The notes beneath the pieces are model-generated. The model saw only the letters and a list, made by a program, of their open reading frames with translations, was not told where the DNA came from and did no database searches. From Xanthobacteraceae bacterium (GTDB lineage Bacteria; Pseudomonadota; Alphaproteobacteria; Rhizobiales; Xanthobacteraceae): a DNA stretch of 64,000 nt. Where the stretch lies: positions 1,251 through 65,250 of the forward strand of contig DASXXS010000190.1 in NCBI GenBank assembly GCA_036502925.1, read 5' to 3'. Numbering within the stretch: the first letter of the stretch is position 1; each line of letters opens with the position of its first letter. Shown here in pieces: positions 1-8,715 of this stretch. Both the position numbers and the translations under genes were made by a program.

Positions 1-1875
1 CGTGGACTTGCGTTCATCGCGCGGCTTGAGGCCGATGAAGAAGCGTCCCGTATTCAGCGTATTACCGGTGCCGCTGCCGAAGAATGATCCGAATGCCGCG
101 ACATCCGGGTCGCGTTCGATGACCTGCGAGAGCTCGCGCTGCAGGCGCTTCATCTCGTCCGGCGAGGCGTCCTGGGCGGCCTCCGACAGTCCCACGATCA
201 GACCGGTATCCTGGGTGGGAAAGAAGCCCTTCGGGATCGTGACGAACAGAACCCCGGTCACCACCATCGTGGCCAGGAACACCATGAGAGTGAGCGGCTG
301 GTGGCGCAGCACCACGTCCAGCATCCGCCGGTAGCCGCCGATGAGCGCCACTAAGCCCCATTCGATGGCATTGAAGATGCGGCCATGATGCTCGGACTGC
401 TTCACCATGAAGCGCGAGGACAGCATCGGCGTGAGCGTAAGCGAGATGATCACCGACACCACGATCGCGGCGGTTACCGTTATGGCGAACTCGCGAAACA
501 GGCGCCCGATAATTCCGCCCATCAGCAGCAATGGTATGAACACCGCAATCAGCGAAATGCTGATGGACACCACCGTAAAGCCGATCTCGCTTGCGCCCTT
601 GAGGGCGGCCGCCATGGGCAGCGTGCCCTCTTCGATGTGGCGATAGATGTTTTCCACCACGACGATGGCATCGTCGACCACGAAACCGACGGCAAGCGTC
701 AGCGCCATGAGCGAGAGATTGTCCAGGCTGAAGTTTAACAGATACATCAGCGCGGTCGCCCCGAGCAGCGCCAGCGGCACGGTGACGCTTGGAATGAGCG
801 TGGCCCAGAAATTGCGCAAAAACAGCAGGATGACCATCACCACCAGGCAAATGGTCAGCCCCAACGTGAACTCGACATCCTGAACCGATGCGCGAATGGT
901 CTGCGTGCGGTCGACGATGGTGTCGAGATGCATGCCCGGCGGTATGACGGCGGCGAGCTCCGGCATCGCCGCCTTGATCTGATCGACGGTGTCGATGACG
1001 TTCGCGCCCGGCTGCTTGAATACCAGCAGCATGACGGCCGGCTTGCCGCCGGCCAGCGCCGCGATGTTGACGTCCTGCGGCCCTGCCACTGCCTGGCCGA
1101 CATCGCGAACGCGGATCGGGGCGCCGTTGCGATAGGCGATGATGACGTCGTTGTAGTCTTCCGCGTTTAGCAGCTGGTCATTGGCGGTGATGGTGAAGCT
1201 CTGCTGGGCATTGTTGAGGCTGCCCTTGCTGGCGTCGGTATTGGCGACCGCCAGCACGTTGCGCACGTCTTCCAGGGTCAGCCCGCGGGTCTCCAGCTTT
1301 GCCGGATCGACCTGGACCCGCACCGCCGGCTTCTGCTCGCCGCCGATGATGACTTGCGCGACGCCCGTGATCTGCGAAATCTGCTGTGCCACCACCGTAT
1401 CGGCATAGTCGTCGACGGTGGTGAGCGGCAGCGTGTCGGAATGAGCGGAGAGGATGAGAATGGGCGAATCCGCCGGGTTCACCTTGCGATAGGTCGGCGG
1501 CGAGGTCAGGGTGGTCGGCAGCTGGCGACCGGCCGCAGTGATCGCCGCCTGCACGTCCTGGGCCGCCGCATCCACGTTGCGGTTGAGATCGAATTGCAGC
1601 GTGATGTTGGTGGAGCCGAGCACGCTGATCGAGGTCAGCTGGGTGACGCCGGAAATCTCCCCGAACCTGCGCTCCAGCGGCGCCGCCACCGTCGACGCCA
1701 TGGTGTCGGGGCTCGCGCCGGCGAGTTGCGCCGAGACCTGGATGGTCGGGAAATCGACCTGCGGCAGTGGTGCGACGGGCAGCAGCGGAAACGCCACGAT
1801 TCCAACAAGCGCCAGTGCCCCCATCAGCAAGGAGGTTGCAATCGGCCGGCGGATGAAGGGTTCCGAGATGTTCAC
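1..1875 (-). CDS. RND (HAE1, MdtB/MdtC/AcrB-like) efflux permease, N-terminal ~625 codons; the rest lies beyond the window start
   Basis: Absent from the ORF track because it has no stop inside the window. My reverse-strand translation from GTG 1875-1873 gives VNISEPFIRRPIATSLLMGALALVGIVAFPLLPVAPLPQVDFPTIQVSAQLAGASPDTMASTVAAPLERRFGEISGVTQL... and stays open to base 1. GTGA start/stop overlap with the adaptor gene. Confidence 0.9.
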   Translation of the reverse strand, partial: MNISEPFIRRPIATSLLMGALALVGIVAFPLLPVAPLPQVDFPTIQVSAQLAGASPDTMASTVAAPLERRFGEISGVTQLTSISVLGSTNITLQFDLNRNVDAAAQDVQAAITAAGRQLPTTLTSPPTYRKVNPADSPILILSAHSDTLPLTTVDDYADTVVAQQISQITGVAQVIIGGEQKPAVRVQVDPAKLETRGLTLEDVRNVLAVANTDASKGSLNNAQQSFTITANDQLLNAEDYNDVIIAYRNGAPIRVRDVGQAVAGPQDVNIAALAGGKPAVMLLVFKQPGANVIDTVDQIKAAMPELAAVIPPGMHLDTIVDRTQTIRASVQDVEFTLGLTICLVVMVILLFLRNFWATLIPSVTVPLALLGATALMYLLNFSLDNLSLMALTLAVGFVVDDAIVVVENIYRHIEEGTLPMAAALKGASEIGFTVVSISISLIAVFIPLLLMGGIIGRLFREFAITVTAAIVVSVIISLTLTPMLSSRFMVKQSEHHGRIFNAIEWGLVALIGGYRRMLDVVLRHQPLTLMVFLATMVVTGVLFVTIPKGFFPTQDTGLIVGLSEAAQDASPDEMKRLQRELSQVIERDPDVAAFGSFFGSGTGNTLNTGRFFIGLKPRDERKST

Positions 1876-3053
1876 GACGGCCCGTGCGGTGCGTTTGCGG
1901 CCAGCTCGGTCTTGGCGTCGACGTGCGAACCCGCCTGCAGACGGTATTGGCCGTTGACGACGACCCGCTCGTCGGGCGAGAGGCCTTTGCTGACGATGGC
2001 GACGTCGTCGCCGACCTGCTTGGCGTCGATCGGCCGCTGCTCGGCGGTGTTGTCGGGCTTGATCACCCAGGCGTAGAAGCCTTGGGGCCCGCGCTGCATC
2101 GCCACCGGCGGGATCGTCACCGCGTCCTTTCGGGTGGCGACCTCGATGTGCACGTGCACGAATTCGCCGGGCCAGAGCTGCTCGTCGGTATTGGCGAAAT
2201 TTGCCTTGAGGCGGATCGTGCTGGTGGTCTGATCGATCTGGTTGTCGATCAGCAGCAGCCCCCCTGTCGCCAGCTGCTTGGCATTATCCTGATCGTAGGC
2301 GAGGGCCGGCACCGAGCCTTGCAGCATTGCCGACCGCACGTCTTCCAGGTCCTTTTGCGGCAGGGTGAAGGTTACCACCACCGGTTGGATCTGCGTCAGC
2401 ACGGTAAGCGGATTTTGGTCGCCGGCGTGAATGATGTTGCCGACATCGACCTGGCGAAAGCCGACGCGGCCGTCGATCGGCGCCGTAATGGTGGCATAGG
2501 AGAGTTGGGTCTGCGCGCTCTCGATCGCGCCCTGGTCAGCGTCGATCGTCGCCTTGAGCTGATCGACCTTCGCCTGCTGCGCATCGACGTTCTGCTGGGT
2601 CTCGGCGTTCTTGAGCACCAGCGTCTTGAATCGCTCGAGATCCTTTTGCGCGGAGACCGATTGGGCCTGATCCTCCGCCTTCTTGGCGACCGCCTGATCA
2701 AGCACGGCCTGGAGCGCGCGCGGATCGATCACCGCCAGCGTATCACCCTTGTGGACCTCCTGGCCCTCGACGAAATTGACGGACTGCAGCTTGCCGTCGA
2801 TCTGGCTGCGAATGGCGATCGTGTTCGATGCCTGCACGGTTCCCAACCCTTGCAGGAAGATCGGAACATCGCGGCGTGCCACCGTCACCACCGTTACCGG
2901 CACGGCGGCGGCGGGACGGGGCGCCGCATCCGGCGCCGGTTCCGCCCAGCGCCGGAATCCAAGAGCTCCCGCCGCGATCACCGCCACGATGCAGGCAGCC
3001 CAGAAGAACCGGCGCGAAGAACGGCGCTTGGTTTTTTCGGCGCTCGCTTTCAT
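1872..3053 (-). CDS. RND efflux periplasmic adaptor (membrane fusion protein)
   Basis: ORF 1872..3131. Start moved to an internal ATG, giving the anchor MKASAEKTKRRSSRRFFWAACIVAVIAAGAL. Lipoyl-like and coiled-coil segments are typical of MdtA/AcrA (RSQIDGKLQSVNFVEGQEVHKGDTLAVIDPR ... ITAPIDGRVG). Confidence 0.9.
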   Translation of the reverse strand: MKASAEKTKRRSSRRFFWAACIVAVIAAGALGFRRWAEPAPDAAPRPAAAVPVTVVTVARRDVPIFLQGLGTVQASNTIAIRSQIDGKLQSVNFVEGQEVHKGDTLAVIDPRALQAVLDQAVAKKAEDQAQSVSAQKDLERFKTLVLKNAETQQNVDAQQAKVDQLKATIDADQGAIESAQTQLSYATITAPIDGRVGFRQVDVGNIIHAGDQNPLTVLTQIQPVVVTFTLPQKDLEDVRSAMLQGSVPALAYDQDNAKQLATGGLLLIDNQIDQTTSTIRLKANFANTDEQLWPGEFVHVHIEVATRKDAVTIPPVAMQRGPQGFYAWVIKPDNTAEQRPIDAKQVGDDVAIVSKGLSPDERVVVNGQYRLQAGSHVDAKTELAANAPHGPS

Positions 3054-3083
3054 TCCTGCACCTGCTCTCTCACCAGAAGCACT

Positions 3084-3100
3084 GTCCTTTCGGAAAGGAC
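3084..3100. promoter_or_regulatory. Perfect palindrome GTCCTTTC-G-GAAAGGAC flanked by direct GAAGCACT repeats (3076..3083 and 3111..3118)
   Basis: Read directly. It lies 31-47 nt upstream of the adaptor start (3053, minus strand). Candidate operator or 5' UTR element. Confidence 0.3.
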
Positions 3101-3367
3101 TATCTTTTTGGAAGCACTCTCTCTTTTGCAATCTCTTGCTCCGAGACCCTCATGACAAGCTGCTGGGAAATTAAAAGTTGGTAATCCCATGACTCAGAAG
3201 CGGTCTGCCGCGCTCGAGCCGTGTACTGGCGGGTTAAGCTTTGTGTATCCACCGTATAAACAGGGAATAAATGAGCGCTTCTCGCGACCGCTTGTGTAGG
3301 ACATGCCAAAGAATACTTTTCGTTCAATTGATTATACGCATCAAGTGCGAGTGCTCCGGTGCCGGTT

Positions 3368-4003
3368 TCACTGCACGGCGGCGGCAAACTCGACAACTTT
3401 CTCTTGCGTCATTCGGCCCAAGATTTTTGCAAGCTCCGCCGGCGGCAATGTCGCGTCCCCGATGCGAAGACGAAGCAGGTTGCCGGGTCGCGGACCTCCC
3501 GTCACAGAGGCCGCGTAAGTATCGAGAAATTTGCTGATCTCCGCCATGCTGGCCTGTGGAGCAAAGCGGACGGCCACGAACGAGCCTTGAGCCGGCGCCG
3601 AAGCGGTCTGGTAGCCGCCGTGCTGTTGGGCAGGGCGTATGGTCATGATTGCCGTCTGCACGCAGATCGCCAGCACCGCTGCCCCTATCAACCAGGCGAT
3701 GGTGCGCCGGCCGAAGACCGATTTGAGCTTGGCAATGCGGTTCCCGAGGTCGAACGCGCCTTGCGTCTTGCGCGCGGCAATCCCGGACAGGGGGACTCTC
3801 AGAACTTCGTCTCCGCTCTCATTCGAGACGATGACCGCCCATGTTTGCGTCGGTTCGTGAATTCCATGCCGAGTAATATCCCGGGCCAGGCCGATCGCCT
3901 CGCTGCGTGCTTCCTGGACACCCGCGAGCAAAGCCCCTTCGGTATCCCGCACCAAATTGTGGGAATGTCCTTCCGCAATATTGAAAAAGTAGCGGGGCAT
4001 CAT
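3368..4003 (-). CDS. DUF6894-like N-terminal domain fused to one TM helix and a ~85-aa C-terminal domain
   Basis: ORF 3368..4216, start moved to MMPRYFFNIAEGHSHNLVRDTEGALLAGVQEARSEAIGLARDI (the MPRYFF...DxEG pattern I recall for DUF6894). TM helix TIAWLIGAAVLAICVQTAIMTI. The C-terminus FVAVRFAPQASMAEISKFLDTYAASVTGGPRPGNLLRLRI resembles the periplasmic tails of some alphaproteobacterial anti-sigma proteins. Confidence 0.7.
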   Translation of the reverse strand: MMPRYFFNIAEGHSHNLVRDTEGALLAGVQEARSEAIGLARDITRHGIHEPTQTWAVIVSNESGDEVLRVPLSGIAARKTQGAFDLGNRIAKLKSVFGRRTIAWLIGAAVLAICVQTAIMTIRPAQQHGGYQTASAPAQGSFVAVRFAPQASMAEISKFLDTYAASVTGGPRPGNLLRLRIGDATLPPAELAKILGRMTQEKVVEFAAAVQ

Positions 4004-4230
4004 CGCCTCAGCGGTACCATCGTCGAAGGACGAGCTCCTCCGTCCGCCAGCATAGTCCTCTGGCGGTGCGCGCAATCCGCGCCCTGCGAAGCTGGTTAAG
4101 GAGCCGTTTCGCGAATGTGCGAAGAGACGTCGTGAATCCCGGACTCGGATACCACCTGTGTTCGGTAAGTGGCGATTGCGGCGGTTTGCCGAGGTGCTGC
4201 GACGCGTCAGCGCCACGCGGGGGTCGATGA

Positions 4231-4680
4231 TTACAGGATCTTCTTCATCGACGGGGTCGTGTGCAGCTCGTAGCCGATCGCCTGATAGAACCCGATCGCT
4301 TCCGGCCTCGCATCGAGAAAGACCGCCGTCATGCCGCGCGCCCGCGCGTCGGCTTCGGCGTAAGCCATGAGCGCCCGGCCGCCGCCGGCTCGGCGCTCCG
4401 ATTCCTCGATGACGATGTCGTCCACATGCAGATGCGGGCCGCGCACCAGGGTATGGACCGGGCGCATCCCCAGCACCCCGATCAGCCGGCCGTTGCGATA
4501 CGCTCCGACCAGCTCGTAGCCGCCGTGGCTTTGCCGTCGAACCCGATCGAGGAATTGCTCCGCGTCAAGGCCCGGGCGCAATTGCACGACGATGGGAAAC
4601 ACCGCCGCCCATTCGCGCGGTTCGAGACGGCGGGTCTGCACATCGTCGCTTTGCAGGTCGTCGCTTTGCAAGTCATTCAT
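4231..4680 (-). CDS. GNAT family N-acetyltransferase
   Basis: ORF 4231..4713, likely start MNDLQSDDLQSDD. Acetyl-CoA binding motif region RRAGGGRALMAYAEADARARGMTAVFLDARPEAIGFYQAIGY. 8-nt overlap with the upstream gene's stop. Confidence 0.8.
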   Translation of the reverse strand: MNDLQSDDLQSDDVQTRRLEPREWAAVFPIVVQLRPGLDAEQFLDRVRRQSHGGYELVGAYRNGRLIGVLGMRPVHTLVRGPHLHVDDIVIEESERRAGGGRALMAYAEADARARGMTAVFLDARPEAIGFYQAIGYELHTTPSMKKIL

Positions 4681-5170
4681 GGGCGGATGGAACCGCGTGC
4701 TTCTCGGCGGCATGGGCGGCGGCAGCCCGATAGGCGCCCGGGACGGTGCGGAATGCGATGTTGAGCCGGTTCGCCCCGTTGATCGCGATGATGGCGAGCG
4801 TCAGGTTGGCGAGCTCCTGCTCGTCGAACTGCGCGCGCGCGGCTTCGTAGATGAGGTCGGGAACATGGCCGCCCGTCACCAGGGTGAGCGCCTCGGTCCA
4901 GCCCAAAGCCGCGCGTTCGCGTTCGCTATAGAACGGCGATTCACGCCAGGCATCCAGCAGATAGAGGCGCTGCTCGCTCTCGCCGCCGGCGCGCAGCTCC
5001 TTGCTGTGCATGTCGATGCAATGGGCGCAGCCGTTGATTTGCGAGGCCCGCAACTTCACCAGCTCGAGCAGTCCCCGTTCGAGGCCGCATCGGTGCACGA
5101 ACGAATGCAGCTCGCCCATGGCCTTGGCGCCGCCCGGCGAGGCAGCCCTGAAATCCATCCGTGCTTTCAT
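4673..5170 (-). CDS. Carboxymuconolactone decarboxylase / AhpD-like family protein
   Basis: 165 aa with the CxxC motif in LRASQINGCAHCIDMH, typical of the alkylhydroperoxidase AhpD core family. Confidence 0.85.
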   Translation of the reverse strand: MKARMDFRAASPGGAKAMGELHSFVHRCGLERGLLELVKLRASQINGCAHCIDMHSKELRAGGESEQRLYLLDAWRESPFYSERERAALGWTEALTLVTGGHVPDLIYEAARAQFDEQELANLTLAIIAINGANRLNIAFRTVPGAYRAAAAHAAEKHAVPSAHE

Positions 5171-5204
5171 CGGCCCAATCCCGCCCCTCGGCGCGGCCTC
5201 ATCG

Positions 5205-6041
5205 TCACTTCTGCGATTGCCTGAAATAGCGCAGATCGGGCGGCGCCTGGCCCTTCTTGGTCGGCATCAGATAGCCGTCCGCGCTCAGGAAATAGCCGTC
5301 CTTGCCGATGCGCACCAGCGCGTTGTCCTCCTCGCAGAGGTCCGAGCGCCAGATCGGCCGCGGCGCTTTCACCCGCGCGATCTTCTTGTGCAGCGTCCAC
5401 GGCTGTGTCAGGGCATGGTCGTACACCGTGATGTCGTCATAGAGGATGTTGCGGTCGGCCTTGTCCAGATAGATGCGCTCCTTGATGACGCTCTGATTGT
5501 CGCGGTGCAGCGGCAGGCCGGTGGATTCGAACGCCCGCGGTCCCCTGAAGTTGCGCGTCTCTACTTCGAGCAGGTCATAGCGGCCGCTGCCGGTCGTATC
5601 CACCCACTTGCCGATGGAGTAGCCCGCATAGCTCGGCTCGACCTCTCCCTCCGCCGGCCAGTCGCGGCCATCGGTATAGATGCGCCGGTAGGAATCGTTG
5701 ATGTGGCTGATCAGGATATAGGTGGTGTCCTGAGTCACCACGATTTCCATCGGATCGTAGAGGTTCATGATCGCCGGCATGCCTTGCGGGATGCAGAACG
5801 AGGAGGGCCAATTGCCTTGTCCGCCGGCCGCCTGATCGGCCAGCTGGGCCTCGTTGATGGCCTGGTATTCCGGCGTCAGCGGCGCTTTTTGTCCCGGCGC
5901 GACCCAGCGCGGCGCGCCCACTCGCTCCCATTGACCCTTGAGGTCGGGATATTTCGATTCGTCGAACGCCTGCGCGCCGCATGGCGCCAGCAGCAGCGCC
6001 GTCGTCGCAGCAAGCATGCCGATCAAGCCTCGCCCGAGCAT
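5205..6041 (-). CDS. Secreted protein of unknown function (paralog family member 1 of 3 in this window)
   Basis: Signal peptide MLGRGLIGMLAATTALLLAPCGAQA. C-terminus CEEDNALVRIGKDGYFLSADGYLMPTKKGQAPPDLRYF closely matches the partial gene at 63863..64000. The core resembles 62142..63053. Confidence 0.75.
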   Translation of the reverse strand: MLGRGLIGMLAATTALLLAPCGAQAFDESKYPDLKGQWERVGAPRWVAPGQKAPLTPEYQAINEAQLADQAAGGQGNWPSSFCIPQGMPAIMNLYDPMEIVVTQDTTYILISHINDSYRRIYTDGRDWPAEGEVEPSYAGYSIGKWVDTTGSGRYDLLEVETRNFRGPRAFESTGLPLHRDNQSVIKERIYLDKADRNILYDDITVYDHALTQPWTLHKKIARVKAPRPIWRSDLCEEDNALVRIGKDGYFLSADGYLMPTKKGQAPPDLRYFRQSQK

Positions 6042-6510
6042 GAACGCCCTCCCGTTGATCGCTTCCGAGCCGCCCCGACCCTTTGAACGGAGACGCCTTG
6101 GCCCCGCGTGGTCAATTCGATCTCACGATACACCGATCGCGCGGGGGCGCGAAAGGCGGTCTCGCCGCGCCGCCGAATCAGCTCTAAACTGACCGAATCC
6201 GGACCACGAGGCCTGCGGGGGAGGCGGCTGGCCACCGCGATGCAACCAAATCGCGGAATACGCGTTCTTCCGTCGGGGCCGACACTACCTGGATTTCTCC
6301 CGCGACGCCCGGTCGCAGAGTGGCTAAAGGCGGGAAGCCTGTCCGGAGCGGCAGGATATCGGATGCGGCCCGAACCTTTCCCTCTGGTTGCCAACGCGGT
6401 TTGCGAGGTCGCGCGAAATCGGGCCCCGTTTTGGCCTCCGGGCCGTCCTCCCATCGATGCTGGAGGGCTGAGCGATGAAAAACGGCTTTTGCATGTGACG
6501 GAGAAGCGCC

Positions 6511-8715
6511 ATGCCGGTCCAGGATCAATCCGGTCGAAGGCCGGCTTCGATGACGGCATCAGAGCCGGGAATGCGGCAGCGCGCCGGAGACGGTCCCGTG
6601 CCGGGCGTGACTTCGGACGCACCCGCCCGGCCCACGCAGCTTCCCAGCCCCAGCTCGATTGCGGACCGCTGCATCAACACGATTCGCACGTTATCGATGG
6701 ATGCGGTGCAGCAGGCCAAGTCCGGTCACCCCGGCACGCCGATGGCACTGGCGCCGGTGATCTACACCGTGTGGCAGGACTTCCTTCGCTTCGATCCCGA
6801 CGATCCGATCTGGCCCAACCGCGACCGCTTCGTGCTTTCCAACGGCCACGCCTCGATGCTGCTTTACGCGATGCTCCATCTCACCGGCGTGAAGGCCGTC
6901 AACGCCAAATACGAGCGACCGGGAGAGCCCGCGGTCACGCTCGACGACATCAAGCGTTTCCGGCAGCTCGGCAGCAAGTGTCCCGGTCATCCGGAATACC
7001 GTCTGACCTCGGGGGTCGAAACCACCACCGGGCCGCTCGGCCAGGGCTGCGGCAACAGCGTCGGAATGGCGCTTGCCGGACGTTGGCTGGCCCGGCATTT
7101 CAATCGGCCGGACTTCACCCTATTCGACTACGACGTTTACGTCATTTGCGGGGATGGCGACATGATGGAGGGGGTTGCGAGCGAAGCCGCCTCGTTCGCC
7201 GGCCACCAGATGCTCGGCAACCTGTGCTGGATCTATGACAGCAACCAGGTGACCATCGAGGGGCACACGGATCTGGCGTTCAGCGACGACGTGGCGGCGC
7301 GTTTTCTCGCCTATGGCTGGAACGTGCGGCGGGTTGGCGATGCCAACGACACCGGTCGCCTGGCGGAGGCGATCGAGGCTTTTCGAAGCACGCACGACGT
7401 TCCGATGCTGATCATCGTCGACAGTCATATCGGTTACGGCGCTCCGCATAAGCACGATACCAGCGCCGCCCATGGCGAGCCCCTGGGCGAGGAGGAGATT
7501 CGCCTGGCCAAGCGCAGCTACGGCTGGCCCGAGGACGCCAAGTTCCTGGTGCCGGAGGGCGTGCGCGAGCATTTCCGCAACGGCATCGGCCGGCGCGGCC
7601 AGCAGCTTCGCAGCGCTTGGGTCGAGCAGCTCGCCTCCTACCGCGCGAAGTATCCGGGGCTTGCCGAACAGATCGATCACATGCAAAGGCGCGAGCTTCC
7701 CAAAGGCTGGGACGCGGAGCTCCCAAGCTTTCCGCCCGACCCGAACGGCCTTGCCAGCCGCGACTCCTCGGCCAAGGTGCTCAACGCCATCGCGCGGCAT
7801 CACCCCTGGCTCATCGGCGGTTCGGCCGACCTTGCGCCGTCCACGAAAACGCGCCTGACCCTCGAGGGGGCCGGCGACTTGGAGGCGGAAACGCCCGCTG
7901 GACGCAATCTGCACTTCGGCGTACGCGAGCATGCCATGGGCGCGATCTTGAACGGGATCGCGTTGTCCAAGATACGCGCTTACGGGTCGGGCTTTCTTAT
8001 CTTTTCCGACTATATGAAGCCGCCCATCCGTCTCAGCGCCCTGATGGAGATTCCGGTCATCTACATATTCACCCATGACTCGATCGGCCTCGGCCAGGAC
8101 GGTCCGACGCATCAGCCGGTCGAGCAGCTCATCGCGCTGCGGAGCATTCCCGGCCTCGTTACGATTCGCCCCGCCGATGCCAACGAGATAACCGAAGCCT
8201 GGCGCGTCATCATCGGGTTCAGGCACCAGCCGGCGTGTCTCGTGCTGAGCCGCCAGCCGCTCCCCACCTTCGACCGCACGCGTTATGCTTCGGCGTCGGG
8301 AGTGGGCCGCGGCGCCTACATCCTTGCCGATCCGCGGGACGGCAAGCCGGCCGTGATCCTCATCGGAACCGGCAGCGAGGTCGCGCTTTGCGTGGATGCC
8401 TATGAGGCGCTCGCGCGCGAGGGCGTTCCGGCGCGTGTCGTCAGCATGCCGTCGTGGGAGCTGTTCGAGCAGCAGGATCAGGCGTACCGCGATCACGTTC
8501 TTCCGCCCGCTATCACGGCGCGCGTGTCGGCCGAAATGGGGTCGGTGATCGGCTGGGACCGCTATGTCGGAGCCACCGGGGCCAAGGTCGGCATGCACAC
8601 GTTCGGATCGTCCGCGCCGCTCAAGGATCTGCTTGCGAAATTCGGCTTCACGGCCGAGAAGGTGCTTGCCGCGGCGAACGATCAGCTTGGAAAGTTCAAA
8701 GGAGAGCCCGTATGA
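6511..8715 (+). CDS. tkt: Transketolase
   Basis: SMDAVQQAKSGHPGTPMALAPV, GDGDMMEGV and the FTHDSIGLGQDGPTHQPVEQL motifs. The true start may be downstream (ATG 6550 or 6571, or GTG 6607). The stop overlaps the next start (ATGA at 8712). Confidence 0.92.
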   Translation: MPVQDQSGRRPASMTASEPGMRQRAGDGPVPGVTSDAPARPTQLPSPSSIADRCINTIRTLSMDAVQQAKSGHPGTPMALAPVIYTVWQDFLRFDPDDPIWPNRDRFVLSNGHASMLLYAMLHLTGVKAVNAKYERPGEPAVTLDDIKRFRQLGSKCPGHPEYRLTSGVETTTGPLGQGCGNSVGMALAGRWLARHFNRPDFTLFDYDVYVICGDGDMMEGVASEAASFAGHQMLGNLCWIYDSNQVTIEGHTDLAFSDDVAARFLAYGWNVRRVGDANDTGRLAEAIEAFRSTHDVPMLIIVDSHIGYGAPHKHDTSAAHGEPLGEEEIRLAKRSYGWPEDAKFLVPEGVREHFRNGIGRRGQQLRSAWVEQLASYRAKYPGLAEQIDHMQRRELPKGWDAELPSFPPDPNGLASRDSSAKVLNAIARHHPWLIGGSADLAPSTKTRLTLEGAGDLEAETPAGRNLHFGVREHAMGAILNGIALSKIRAYGSGFLIFSDYMKPPIRLSALMEIPVIYIFTHDSIGLGQDGPTHQPVEQLIALRSIPGLVTIRPADANEITEAWRVIIGFRHQPACLVLSRQPLPTFDRTRYASASGVGRGAYILADPRDGKPAVILIGTGSEVALCVDAYEALAREGVPARVVSMPSWELFEQQDQAYRDHVLPPAITARVSAEMGSVIGWDRYVGATGAKVGMHTFGSSAPLKDLLAKFGFTAEKVLAAANDQLGKFKGEPV

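Noticed and set aside
6042-6510. 470-bp spacer upstream of tkt as a possible ncRNA or small gene
   Set aside because: The only ORFs there are Arg-rich shadows. I recognised no Rfam-like structure or promoter; an Rfam/cmscan run would be needed.
7120-8598. Long ORFs opposite or out of frame with known genes (for example 7120..8598-, 9150..10130-, 1884..3155+, 11771..13300-, 20550..22025-, 24237..25667+, 34557..35906-, 38073..39092-, 58335..59624-)
   Set aside because: They lie antisense to or overlap genes with unambiguous family motifs. They are Arg/Ala/Gly/Pro-rich, as expected for shadow frames in ~65% GC DNA, and show no recognisable motifs.
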